From an uncultured Verrucomicrobiales bacterium (GTDB taxonomy: Bacteria > Verrucomicrobiota > Verrucomicrobiia > Verrucomicrobiales > DEV007): a stretch of 53,334 bases of DNA. Below are positions 29,481 to 38,923 of the stretch, in pieces. Location: assembly GCA_938091905.1 (NCBI GenBank), contig CALKOM010000035.1:1-53334 (forward strand), read 5' to 3'. The notes under the pieces were generated by a model that made no database searches, had not been told where the DNA came from, and saw nothing but the letters and a program-made list of their open reading frames with translations. Numbering within the stretch: the stretch's first letter is position 1; the number at the start of each line of letters is the position of its first letter. The translations under genes were made by a program, and so were the position numbers.

Positions 29481-32400
29481 ATGCCGACTCCACTTGTTGC
29501 GTGTTGTTATTCATTGCGGGCTTCTTTCTCGTCCAAAGCGCCTCTGCTCAGCGGCATGTCATCGGATGGCAAACCTTCGAAAACGCCACCGCTGGCAACA
29601 ACAATTCGGGGATTCAAGACGACACACCTGACACGAATTCCACGTATGATCCCACACCGCGGGGATCGAATGTGGGAAGGCGTTACCTGAGTGGCAACGT
29701 CGGGCGCAATGCGTCGGCTGATGGCTGGGGTGGGTTTGGCCAGGCTAGCAACAACGACTTTCTAAACGGTCCCACTTTCGGTGAGGCGCTGACGATCACG
29801 AATGCCGCGCTTGCCGACGGCTCTCCAGGACGTCGGATCGGGCCGTTTGGGAATCCGCCGCCGAATGGCGAAGTGAACGAGGGAACGAGCTCGTGGAAGT
29901 TCGCGGAGGCTGGGGGGATCAACCCGTTGAGAGGCGACATCTCAATCACGAACCACAGTGACTACCATTTCGGGCTGGAGCACATCCACTTTGATGCGCG
30001 TGGGTTGGCCAACCCGGCGACTTCACCCAACACGTTGGCGCTTCGATACCTAGCGGACTCCGGGGAACTGATCAATGTCACCACGGGATCCGAAGTCGAG
30101 GATGGCACACGGTTGTATGGGCATACTTGGGCTGCCAGAGGCACTGAGAATGTTTCCCAGAGCATCGAAGCCGCCATCGGTTCCACCACGCGCATTGCGC
30201 CAGGTCAAAAGGCCTCGTTTCGGTTCGTCTGGTCGGGGAATGCCGGGGCCGGACATGCTCAGATTGATAACATTGCCTTTTCCGGAACCTTTCAGGATCA
30301 GGACGACGGATTCATGGCCATCGATCCCACGCAAGATCCTCGTCCGATCGCGGACGGCCCTAATATCATTGTTATTATCCCCGATGATCAGCGATGGGAT
30401 GCGACGAGTTACATGCAGGAGACGATTGAGGCGAGCGGACGTAGAGCGCGTTTCCCTTGGCTTACCGACCCAACGCAAAGGACCCCAAACATGGACCGGC
30501 TATCGAGCGAGGGAGTGCATTTCAACAACGCTTTTGTGGTCTATTCCATTTGCTCTCCTTCAGGGGCCACGATGCTGACGGGCCAGTACCCTCACATTCA
30601 CCAAGTGACTGACAACCACACTGACTTCCCTGCCTCGGCCACGACCTATGCTACGTTGTTACGAGACGAGGGCTATGCGACGGGATACTTTGGGAAATGG
30701 CACATGGGCAACCAGAAAGCACGCCCCGGATTTGATACCGCCGTCACGATTAAAGGGCAGGGCACTTACTTTAATACGGAGTTCTTTGATGAAGTTGGTG
30801 ACTTGCTTTTTACTTCGTCAGAGAGCGATTGGGTCGATGACGTTTCGACGCAGCATGCAGAAGATTTCATTTCGGCTCAGCACGCTGCGGAGCGTCCCTT
30901 TCTAGCGGTTCTCGGGTTCAAGACGCCCCACCAGCCTTGGCAGCCGCCGGCCCGCAGCACAGACCTGTTCTCGACGGACACGGCTGTTGCCGTTCCTAAC
31001 CTCACGGTTCCGCCGCCTTTTGCCCCGGATGCGAATGAGGGGGCGAGTATTGGTGAGCTGCGAAGCTACATGCGGACGGTGGTCGGCATCGATCAGAATG
31101 TCGGCGATGTGTTAGCGCTTCTGGACGATTTAGAGATCGCCGAGGACACCGCAGTTTTCTTCATCAGTGATAACGGATTCTTCCGCGGCGAACATCGGCT
31201 TGGGGACAAGCGTTCTGCCTACGAAGAGAGCCTTCGAATTCCCTTCATGATCCGCTATCCCAAGGTGCAGCCTGGCCCTCTGCTTGTGAATCAGATGGCG
31301 CTGAACTTGGATGTGGTAGTGACGGTTTTAGATATTGCTGGAGTTCCTATTCCCTCGAGCATGCAAGGGCGCAGCCTACTTCCGTTTCTTACCGGTGCCA
31401 CTCCAGGGGATTGGCGAGATTCTTTCCTGTTTTCCTATAACATTGATCCGGAATTTCCCATGGCGGCTGTAGTTCCCCATATCGGGTTGCGGCGTTCAGA
31501 TGGTCTTAAGATCGGTAACTACTCAGACGAACCCGGCTGGAACGAACTCTATGATACCAGTGTAGGCGCCGACCCGTACGAGATCATTAACCAATTTACT
31601 TCCGCTTCTCACCCAGGCGAACGTGCTTCTTTGACGGCTGAACTGGTCGGCACTGTGGAGGAGTTCGGGTTCCTCAACGTATCGGATTCCTTTGCGAACC
31701 GGCAGGGAGGCTCAATCACCATGCAGGTGGGAGACGCGTCCCTCTTTCGGATCGAGAAATCACCCGGTTTATTGAGCTGGCAGACGTCCGGGACTATCGA
31801 GGGCGGGGGAACTCCAACGACACTTAGCCTCACCAACGCTGGCTTCACCAGCAGCGAGACCGTCGAGGGTGACTCCGTGGACTATGGATTGGCAGAGGGG
31901 CCACCGGTGACTGCGATCCAAGGCTTCAGTACTTTGCGAACCGGTTCCACGTCTTCTGCTGGCGGACGGAATGCTGTTTTCGTGTTGGAACTGCCGACGG
32001 TGACCGCTCCGCTGAAGATCGCTCTAGCGGAACTAAAGTGACCGTGGTTCGGACGTTTGCGCAATGGGATGCGGATCTGTGGATACTCGGAATTAAGGAT
32101 GACTCCGGCCCCATACTCGAGTATAGCGAATCTCCCAGTGGCAATCCAGAAGTGGTAAAGCTAGAAGATGCGATCTTTGATTATACGACGAGCAACCGTG
32201 GGGAAACCGTGACCTCCAATCCGGTCAGCGGATTGACTCAATACTTGAATTCATTCTACGAAGCCAATCCATCCTATGCAGGCGGCAAGTACCTCTTCCT
32301 GCGGATCAATCTGGATGCCGACATCGGCGTCAACGAGCAGCGTTACGCAATTTCAGCGACTGAGAGCCCGACAGCGAGTGAACGACCCAAGTTAAACTTG

Positions 32401-32481
32401 TACTTTCAGGATCCGGCCGCAAACCCGAGTCAGCAATTCTATCGAGTCCAGTATGGCAAGAACGCTCCGACTGCGCCTTAA
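29481..32481 (+). pseudogene. Multidomain secreted sulfatase with an unrecognised N-terminal domain; apparently disrupted
   Basis: PNIIVIIPDDQR, CSPSGATMLTG (the expected CxPxR Arg is Gly), GKWH, KTPH, SDNG and DKR. A frameshift at 32035-32041 (CTAAAGTGACC) joins the ORF to 32038..32481, and the plausible ATG at 29481 is out of frame with the main ORF. Confidence 0.75.
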
Positions 32482-32517
32482 GCGGTTCGTGTTTTGAGGC
32501 GGGTTTGTGGGGATTGA

Positions 32518-32551
32518 CTCACGCAGAGACGCCTAGGTTTGGTTGTTTGTG
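32518..32551 (+). repeat. Dispersed repeat copy
   Basis: ctcacgcagagacgcctaggtttggttgtttgtg matches 21567-21600 at 30/34 positions. Confidence 0.8.
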
Positions 32552-32612
32552 TTGAGGTTGGTGTGGGGGCTGCAACCTCTTTCCGATAGAAGGTCTGGTC
32601 CTTGGTTGGCCG

Positions 32613-33293
32613 TCATGCCACTTCATCTCCCGATGGATGGTTCCGAATCTCGACTAATCTATCAGCATTTCCAATCGACTCTTGAATTACCAGTTCCGCA
32701 TTCGGGCCATCGTTGGTCATCAGCCTCCACATGGATTCCTCTCGCGACATCTTCATCACCTGATGATGCCGTTTCAAGACGCGCCGTTTGCATTCTTCGA
32801 GAGTAACATAGAGAAACCACCCTTCGTCAAACACCTCGCTTTGGAGCCGATTCCAAGGATGTTCGTTTAACAACAAGTAGTTTCCCTCCACGATTACGAT
32901 CCTCTTTCCCGGTTTCAGGGAGATACGACCCTCTACTGGGTCGCGTTCTTTGTGATCAAAATCTGGGAAGTGGCCACTCCCAGTTCGACGTGCTTCGATC
33001 AGATCATCGACTAACTTTCGTGAGTTAAATGTGAATGGTGCCCCCCTTCTCTCATGGGCTTGCTCAGGGTTCTCCATCTCGTTCAGTTCAGAACAAGAGT
33101 AGTGATAGCCGTCCATCGGAATGATATCAACCTGGTCACGGAGAGCTTCTTTTATCTTACCTGCGACGGTGCTCTTTCCGCTCCCTGGCCCCCCAGCAAG
33201 CCCGATCCAGTGCTGGGAACTCCCAGACAATAAATCATACTTTAAGGAAAGCTCGTCAATGAGCTCGCTGTGGTTTTTTATTTCTTTCTGCAT
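32613..33293 (-). CDS. P-loop small-molecule kinase (uridine kinase/PRK/pantothenate kinase-like)
   Basis: IGLAGGPGSGKST, PMDGYH, RRGAPFTF, DFDH..RDP and IVEGNYLLL. Confidence 0.88.
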   Translation of the reverse strand: MQKEIKNHSELIDELSLKYDLLSGSSQHWIGLAGGPGSGKSTVAGKIKEALRDQVDIIPMDGYHYSCSELNEMENPEQAHERRGAPFTFNSRKLVDDLIEARRTGSGHFPDFDHKERDPVEGRISLKPGKRIVIVEGNYLLLNEHPWNRLQSEVFDEGWFLYVTLEECKRRVLKRHHQVMKMSREESMWRLMTNDGPNAELVIQESIGNADRLVEIRNHPSGDEVA

Positions 33294-33360
33294 TACAGAA
33301 ACTAGTTTGAGGATAGTCTATTCTCATAAATTAAGTGTTAGCCTACCTTGGGGTGTAGGT

Positions 33361-34800
33361 TCAATCGTCCTCTGGCCAGCCTGCGCTGTTGTCGGTAAGC
33401 TCGTCAGGGTTCTGAGTGACCGTAGGGTGTAGTTCATAGGGGTCTGGAAAGGCGACCATACGATCTGCCCAGCGGACGCAGTCCCAGTCAATGATGTAGT
33501 TTTCATCTAAAGGGTCAATCTGTCTCATGAACCGGGAACGCGCGAGAGCTCGGGTGTCCGGAGGCGGCTCTGTTAGGCATCGCTTGACCGCCGCTTCAAG
33601 GTTTAGCGACCAATGGCCATCTTTAGCGAGCGGGTGGGCAAGGCTGCGCTCTGGGGAAATGTGGTGGTATTCTAAATCCTGAGCTTGGAGCCAGTCGTTG
33701 TTCAGATCGATTCGCTCGGCTTCGCAGAAGTGTTGGAAGAGGTAGCGCTTGGTGACCCAATCGAGGATGCCGACCATGCCGGTAGGGTCATTGCTAGCGA
33801 AGGCCTCGTTGGCTCGCTTCCATAGATCCAGAAGGGCATCGGTTTCGGTGTCGCGCCCCGTGAAGTGTTGAGCGGCTCGTTCGCGATAGATTTCTAACAC
33901 GTCAACCGCATTGCAGGTTTCAGCGGGGTTCATAAATACCTGCCAGGGGCCTTCGGCTTGGTAGGATATCTGTTTTAGCGTGCTCACGGGTTCGTGTAGG
34001 CGGAGCATCGGTAAGTCGTCGATCTCTAAGAGGTCGAGAATAAGAGCCGTGGTGCCGATTTTAAGAAAGGCTGCTCCTGGTAGTACATTTGTGTCGCCGT
34101 GGAGTAGGTGCAGACGCCGATAGAGGGTAGGATCGGCGAGGGGTTCGTCACGTGTGTTGATGATCGCCCGGTTCCCCTGGACCCACCTGAAGAAATCGTT
34201 CTCGACGTAGTCTGCTCGTTGAGTGATTTGGAACCCATCGAAGTTGTCGAGTAGAGGCTCGCGTTCTTGGCGCATGAGTTGCCGCTGAGTTTCTAGCCCG
34301 CCCACACGGCCTGCCCCTGTGTAGAGGCTGCGGAGTGTGAGAAAGGTGAGCAATGAAAAGATGGCTTCGTCGGAGGAAACGGCTTGTCGATCAAGGGAGT
34401 AGTTCTCGTGACATCCAAAGGTTGCTCCCGTGTAGTGGTCGATGTTGTTGCGGATGATACTGACAGTGTCGTCGAGTTCCAACTCGTGGAGCGCTTGAGC
34501 AAGCAGGTGATCATTCGCCCGATCATAGTGCACGACCTCAAGGAAACTGGAACACTCAGGCGTGCACATCTCCAGATGTCCCATGTCTTCATACATGCGA
34601 CCACCATTGAATAGAAAGCCGCCGTTGCCGGGTGGTTCGTCCCAGTCACGGTGATGAACATCGATTAATCCATGGCGCTGGTTCTCAAAAAACCAGTCGC
34701 GCAGACGACCGATCACTTGATGCATCGGCAGGTTATCCTCGACTAGGCAACCATACTCGGTTTCCAGACCAATGAGACGCCTGCGCGACGAGTTAGGCAT
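33361..34800 (-). CDS. pafA: Pup/UBact-protein ligase (PafA family)
   Basis: GLETEYG, GGFLFNGGRMYEDMGHLE..TPE, GCHENY, TQRAD, INTRDEPLADP..YRRLH and DLEYH; last gene of the proteasome operon. Confidence 0.93.
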   Translation of the reverse strand: MPNSSRRRLIGLETEYGCLVEDNLPMHQVIGRLRDWFFENQRHGLIDVHHRDWDEPPGNGGFLFNGGRMYEDMGHLEMCTPECSSFLEVVHYDRANDHLLAQALHELELDDTVSIIRNNIDHYTGATFGCHENYSLDRQAVSSDEAIFSLLTFLTLRSLYTGAGRVGGLETQRQLMRQEREPLLDNFDGFQITQRADYVENDFFRWVQGNRAIINTRDEPLADPTLYRRLHLLHGDTNVLPGAAFLKIGTTALILDLLEIDDLPMLRLHEPVSTLKQISYQAEGPWQVFMNPAETCNAVDVLEIYRERAAQHFTGRDTETDALLDLWKRANEAFASNDPTGMVGILDWVTKRYLFQHFCEAERIDLNNDWLQAQDLEYHHISPERSLAHPLAKDGHWSLNLEAAVKRCLTEPPPDTRALARSRFMRQIDPLDENYIIDWDCVRWADRMVAFPDPYELHPTVTQNPDELTDNSAGWPEDD

Positions 34801-35509
34801 TGCCTGCGAGGGCCTGATATTTCACTTTGTTCGGTGTCTTGCGGTCTAGCAAAGCCATTTCTAGGACGCGTCCGCCAAGATCGACAGTTTCGAGATTGGC
34901 ACATTTGATGGAGTTTCCAATGCGTTCCCCATTGGTCATGGCTTGCCACATAGCTAACAAGAGACCTAATACGCGATTGCGGTTGGAATGAGGCTTGAGG
35001 CGCGTGCGCAGCCAATCCTTGGCTTGCGTGGCGGCGGCTGTGTTGGATGACACAACGGCGAGGCCATCGTGAACGACCCCAAAGTTGCCATCATGGCTGA
35101 ACTCCATGAGGACATCGTCTTGAGGGGTCTCCCCGACTTCAGCGAAGACACCCTCCACAATGAGTGGAGGCTGGAAGACGCTCTCGAAGCTATTTTTAAG
35201 TGCAGGGCTGAGTGAGTAGCTCATGAGTCGTCGCAAGGTGACGTCCTGCGGAGATCGGTTGAAGCCTTCTAGATGCGCCGCTTCAATAGCGGTTTGACGA
35301 ATCTTCTCGATATCGACCGGGTTGCCAAGTGCGGCGATCGCGTGCCTGTCATAGATCTCAAAGACCTTTGACTGACCCAAGCCGACGCCTACGAGCAAGA
35401 TTCCTTCTGGGCGAGAAAGGGCAAAGACAGGAGTGGCATGCGAAAGTTGGTCGCGAACATACTCGCCGCGGTCATGGATGGCTTCGAGCCATTGAAATAG
35501 TTCGCTCAT
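34793..35509 (-). CDS. prcA: 20S proteasome alpha subunit
   Basis: SKVFEIYDRHAIAALG..DIEKIR...GFNRSPQDVT; likely start ATG 35509 overlaps the prcB stop (ATGA). Confidence 0.9.
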   Translation of the reverse strand: MSELFQWLEAIHDRGEYVRDQLSHATPVFALSRPEGILLVGVGLGQSKVFEIYDRHAIAALGNPVDIEKIRQTAIEAAHLEGFNRSPQDVTLRRLMSYSLSPALKNSFESVFQPPLIVEGVFAEVGETPQDDVLMEFSHDGNFGVVHDGLAVVSSNTAAATQAKDWLRTRLKPHSNRNRVLGLLLAMWQAMTNGERIGNSIKCANLETVDLGGRVLEMALLDRKTPNKVKYQALAGNA

Positions 35510-36306
35510 GCCTTCTTCTCCTTGCCCCACCATTGAGCTTGTTCTTCATCGGTGACCTGGCGGACCTCGCCAGGACGCAAACTATAGACCGAGGCGTAGC
35601 GATTTAGGCGTGGGTCCACGCCGCCTGTGGCCGAGTCAAACTGCGCTGCCGTGGTGAGCAAACGCAGGGCAAAGGTGGTGGCTTGTTTCAGATCCATCTT
35701 GTGCGGGGCCGGGCTGCCCCAACGTTCTTGGAAGGCGAGAATGCTTTTCACATTTCCTGCGCCGGATCCTGACGATGCAAAGCTAGTGGTTTCAAATTGA
35801 GCACCTAACGGATCATAGAAATGAATCGTGGGGGCTGGCTTAGGCAATGAGTAATCGACTCCGGCGAAGATAGGTACGACTGTACCGATGCCCTGCATCA
35901 CCATGGGGATGTTCTCTTTAAGCAGTTGTGAGAGTGCGCGGGTCTTCGCTTGCAAGCTCATGGTTTGCAGCTGGCTCCTTCGGTAAAACTCGAAGCTCGT
36001 TTCTAGTGTGCGTGCCATTTCCAAGGCGACGGCGGGAGAGCCAGCGATGGCCATGAGGGAATCGCTGTCGAGCGGGAGGATCTTATCGACACGATCCGAG
36101 AAGATCAGATTGTCTGCGGTCGCGCGGTGATCGCCAGCCATGAGCACGCCTTGGCGATAATGAAAGGCCAGGACAGTTGTGGCCTCGATTTGATGACCGG
36201 CGAGTGCCTGGGAATCACTTGTTAGAACACGTGAAAGTGGATGCTCGGGAAGGAGGCTGAGGAAGTCGCCATCCATCCGTGGTTGAGGTGCGGACGGTGA
36301 TTTCAT
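35506..36306 (-). CDS. prcB: 20S proteasome beta subunit with propeptide
   Basis: The mature chain starts TTVLAF; counting from that Thr gives Asp17 and Lys33. Also SGSG and DSATGG. Confidence 0.95.
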   Translation of the reverse strand: MKSPSAPQPRMDGDFLSLLPEHPLSRVLTSDSQALAGHQIEATTVLAFHYRQGVLMAGDHRATADNLIFSDRVDKILPLDSDSLMAIAGSPAVALEMARTLETSFEFYRRSQLQTMSLQAKTRALSQLLKENIPMVMQGIGTVVPIFAGVDYSLPKPAPTIHFYDPLGAQFETTSFASSGSGAGNVKSILAFQERWGSPAPHKMDLKQATTFALRLLTTAAQFDSATGGVDPRLNRYASVYSLRPGEVRQVTDEEQAQWWGKEKKA

Positions 36307-36485
36307 TCTCCAGTTCGCTGGCGATAGCGCCGTGCCTGATCGGGATCCACTTTGCGCATGCGCTCGAGCAAATCGTCTGTATTCGGCTTCTCCACCTTGG
36401 GTGTGGATGGTCCCTCCCCTTCGTCATCCCCACCGCCGCCTGGTGCCGGTGCGGGAGGCCGCGTTCTTCTGGCTGATTCAGGCAT
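36303..36485 (-). CDS. ubact: Ubiquitin-like modifier UBact (Pup analogue)
   Basis: 60 aa with a disordered Pro/Gly/acidic N-terminus, then LLERMRKVDPDQARRYRQRTGE ending in R[T/S]G[E/Q]; lies between dop and prcB. Confidence 0.93.
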   Translation of the reverse strand: MPESARRTRPPAPAPGGGGDDEGEGPSTPKVEKPNTDDLLERMRKVDPDQARRYRQRTGE

Positions 36486-36494
36486 GAGAGGACT

Positions 36495-38027
36495 CTAAAC
36501 AGATTTGAAGGGCTTTGCAAAGAGTAGCGGCGAAAGATCTGCCACCCGACGGGCTTTTTCAATGACGGCCACGGCCTCCTCGACAGCCTCGGGAGTGAAG
36601 AGTCGGCGTAGATCTAGCTCGAGTGCGGCGGTCTTGTCCCGTAGACGCACGTGGTCCCATTGGGCGGCTTCAACGTGTTGCCCAAAGCGTTCGATACAGA
36701 GACCGCGGACGCGGGCGCGTGTGTCGGTGGGCGGCGGAAATTGTCCCTCCGATAGCGTGGTGACCCCGGGAGGTTGTCTGAACTGGCCTTGATCGCGTAG
36801 ACCATAGTAAAGCCCTTCGCTTTCGTCTAACAGATGATACGAAAGGTCCAAACTGATGAGCCATGGGTCTTCCTCGCCAAGATTCTCCGCATCGCGGAAC
36901 GTAGACACGATGTCGAGCTTGGCTGTCCAGTCTAACCGGTCTACGGTGGTTTCCGGTCCCTTCTCCAGATCATCTAGGATTTGTTCCCAATCATCTAACT
37001 GAAACCCATCGGTTGGTTCGGGAAGGACTTCCCGAACCAAGGACAAGTATTGGCGTTGAATCTCAATGGCGGTTGTGGGAGAACCGTCCTTTAGATCGCA
37101 ATCCCAGTACCAACTTGGATCGCGGGATATTTCGCGCATGGTGCCGACAGGATCGTCAAGTTGAGGCAGGCGAGCTGGATCGACTTGATTTAGCATGGCA
37201 AGCACGGAGGCCGTGGAGCCGACTTTCAGATAGGTGGCATAGGGGGACATGTTTGCATCGCCCACAATGACATGGAAACGCCTCCATGTTTCGGGATCGG
37301 CGTGGGGTTCGTCGCGCGTGTTGATGAGTGGCCGCTTCTGCATGGTGTCCACGCTTTCCATAACCGAGAAGAAGTCGCTCCGCTGTGCGATTTGAAAGCC
37401 TGGACCGACATAGCGATCTTCGTCTTCCCACCCAAATTTACCTGCTCCACAGAAGATCTGACGCGTCGCGAGGAAAGCGCGCATGCCTCGACTGACGTTC
37501 TCCCAAGCGAGGTCGCGTGGGAGAAGATAGTTCTCGTGGCAGCCATAGCTGTGCCCTTGGAAGTCGGTATTGTTCTTGTAAAGTCGCACGCGGCCTTCGT
37601 CGCGTTCTGCAGTCTTTGCGGAAAGCTCCTCGGCGCATTCCGTGACGAGCCGATCGCCTAACTGATCTTGCTCGACGAGGTCCGCGATCGTTCGACATTC
37701 TGGCGTGCAGTACTCTGGGTGGGCGTGATCATTGTAGAAGCGAGCGCCGTTCTTGAGAGCGAGATCGCTCTTGATCTCTGAGAAACTCAGAGGGCGTGCC
37801 GCATCTTGAGCGAAATAGTTCGCCTCATCTGTATCTTGACGCAGGGCGTCGACTCGGAACCCACGCGCATCGACGTGCGGATCCTCATAGGAATAATCCC
37901 AACGCATGCGCACACCTGATTGTGTCGCCGCTTGGACTAGCGCAATGGATTCGGCCACGACGTCATAGTCGGTTCTAGGCCTTTCTCGGCTGATGCCATA
38001 CTCAGTTTCGAGTCCGTAAAGGATCAT
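36495..38027 (-). CDS. dop: Dop-family deamidase/depupylase
   Basis: GLETEYG, NGARFYNDHAHPEY.TPE, KNNTD..GHSYGCHENY, QRSDFF and TMQKRPLINTRDEPHAD...RRFHVIVGDANMS. Confidence 0.93.
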   Translation of the reverse strand: MILYGLETEYGISRERPRTDYDVVAESIALVQAATQSGVRMRWDYSYEDPHVDARGFRVDALRQDTDEANYFAQDAARPLSFSEIKSDLALKNGARFYNDHAHPEYCTPECRTIADLVEQDQLGDRLVTECAEELSAKTAERDEGRVRLYKNNTDFQGHSYGCHENYLLPRDLAWENVSRGMRAFLATRQIFCGAGKFGWEDEDRYVGPGFQIAQRSDFFSVMESVDTMQKRPLINTRDEPHADPETWRRFHVIVGDANMSPYATYLKVGSTASVLAMLNQVDPARLPQLDDPVGTMREISRDPSWYWDCDLKDGSPTTAIEIQRQYLSLVREVLPEPTDGFQLDDWEQILDDLEKGPETTVDRLDWTAKLDIVSTFRDAENLGEEDPWLISLDLSYHLLDESEGLYYGLRDQGQFRQPPGVTTLSEGQFPPPTDTRARVRGLCIERFGQHVEAAQWDHVRLRDKTAALELDLRRLFTPEAVEEAVAVIEKARRVADLSPLLFAKPFKSV

Positions 38028-38073
38028 GAAGACAGATTACCGGACTAACACCAAATGGCCGACAAGAAAGCGA

Positions 38074-38811
38074 CTAACTCGTCAGCGCTTCAAAGAGATA
38101 ACGGATCTCCTCGCGGATCTGTTCTTCGGTCGGATTGTCGAGAAGATCGGCCACCTCATCCTTCAAGAGCTTACCGTAGCGGCTGCGCAGTCGATGTGCG
38201 GCCACGCGGACGGCGTTCTCGGTCATTTCAAAGCGCTTGGCCAGATCGGTGTAGAAATGACTTTCTGGGCGACCTTGGATGATTTCTTGCAAGGAATTGA
38301 AGAAAGCAGCCTTTCCTAGCTGATCGTACTCGAGGTGCAATTTCTCGAGCACGGATTCGACGACCGTGACGGCCCATTCTCGATCGAATAGGCGCTCGGG
38401 CGATGCTTCACTCGTCGGCAGGGGCTGGGCGAAACGGGCCTCAGCGACCTCCTGATCGAGTGGAATCCGCGTCACATGCCCACCGCGGCGCTGGGTGTGG
38501 TTTCGTAAGTGATTGCTGATGAGCTGATTCTTCACCGCCTTGAGAACGTAGCTGCGGAATTTGCCTCGTTCGCGATCAAGTTGGCGTAGGGTACCTTCGG
38601 CAAAGAACCGCCCAAAGAAGTCTTGAGTCAGGTCCTCGGCATCCGCGGGTGATTGACCAGACCGGCGCACATAGGCGTAAACAGGATACCAGTAGCGTCG
38701 GCAGAGCTCATCCATCGCATCTTTGGCACTGACATCGTTCCCACCCGCGCGAGAGATAAGACTCCAGCGAGTTTCTTCAAAACGTTGCTGTTCGGGGACC
38801 GGCGGGGGCAT
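38074..38811 (-). CDS. ECF sigma factor (sigma70 regions 2 and 4)
   Basis: Likely start MPPP at 38811; TRWSLI, YWYPVYAYVRR, DAEDLTQDFF, GKFRSYV, RRGG and AVRVAAHRLR. Confidence 0.9.
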   Translation of the reverse strand: MPPPVPEQQRFEETRWSLISRAGGNDVSAKDAMDELCRRYWYPVYAYVRRSGQSPADAEDLTQDFFGRFFAEGTLRQLDRERGKFRSYVLKAVKNQLISNHLRNHTQRRGGHVTRIPLDQEVAEARFAQPLPTSEASPERLFDREWAVTVVESVLEKLHLEYDQLGKAAFFNSLQEIIQGRPESHFYTDLAKRFEMTENAVRVAAHRLRSRYGKLLKDEVADLLDNPTEEQIREEIRYLFEALTS

Positions 38812-38923
38812 TGCTACGGGTAGGGGGCACTGGAGGCTAGCATGGTTGGTAAATACTGCCGAGCGATTTCCGTAGCGTCTCGAGCTTGCATTCACACCGA
38901 GAAAGAGTTCCGATTCACCAGCA

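Noticed and set aside
32039..32041. TGA ending the sulfatase as a readthrough codon
   Set aside because: The continuation is in a different frame, so this is a frameshift.
36303..36485. Canonical actinobacterial Pup
   Set aside because: The C-terminus is RTGE rather than GGQ/GGE, which fits UBact.
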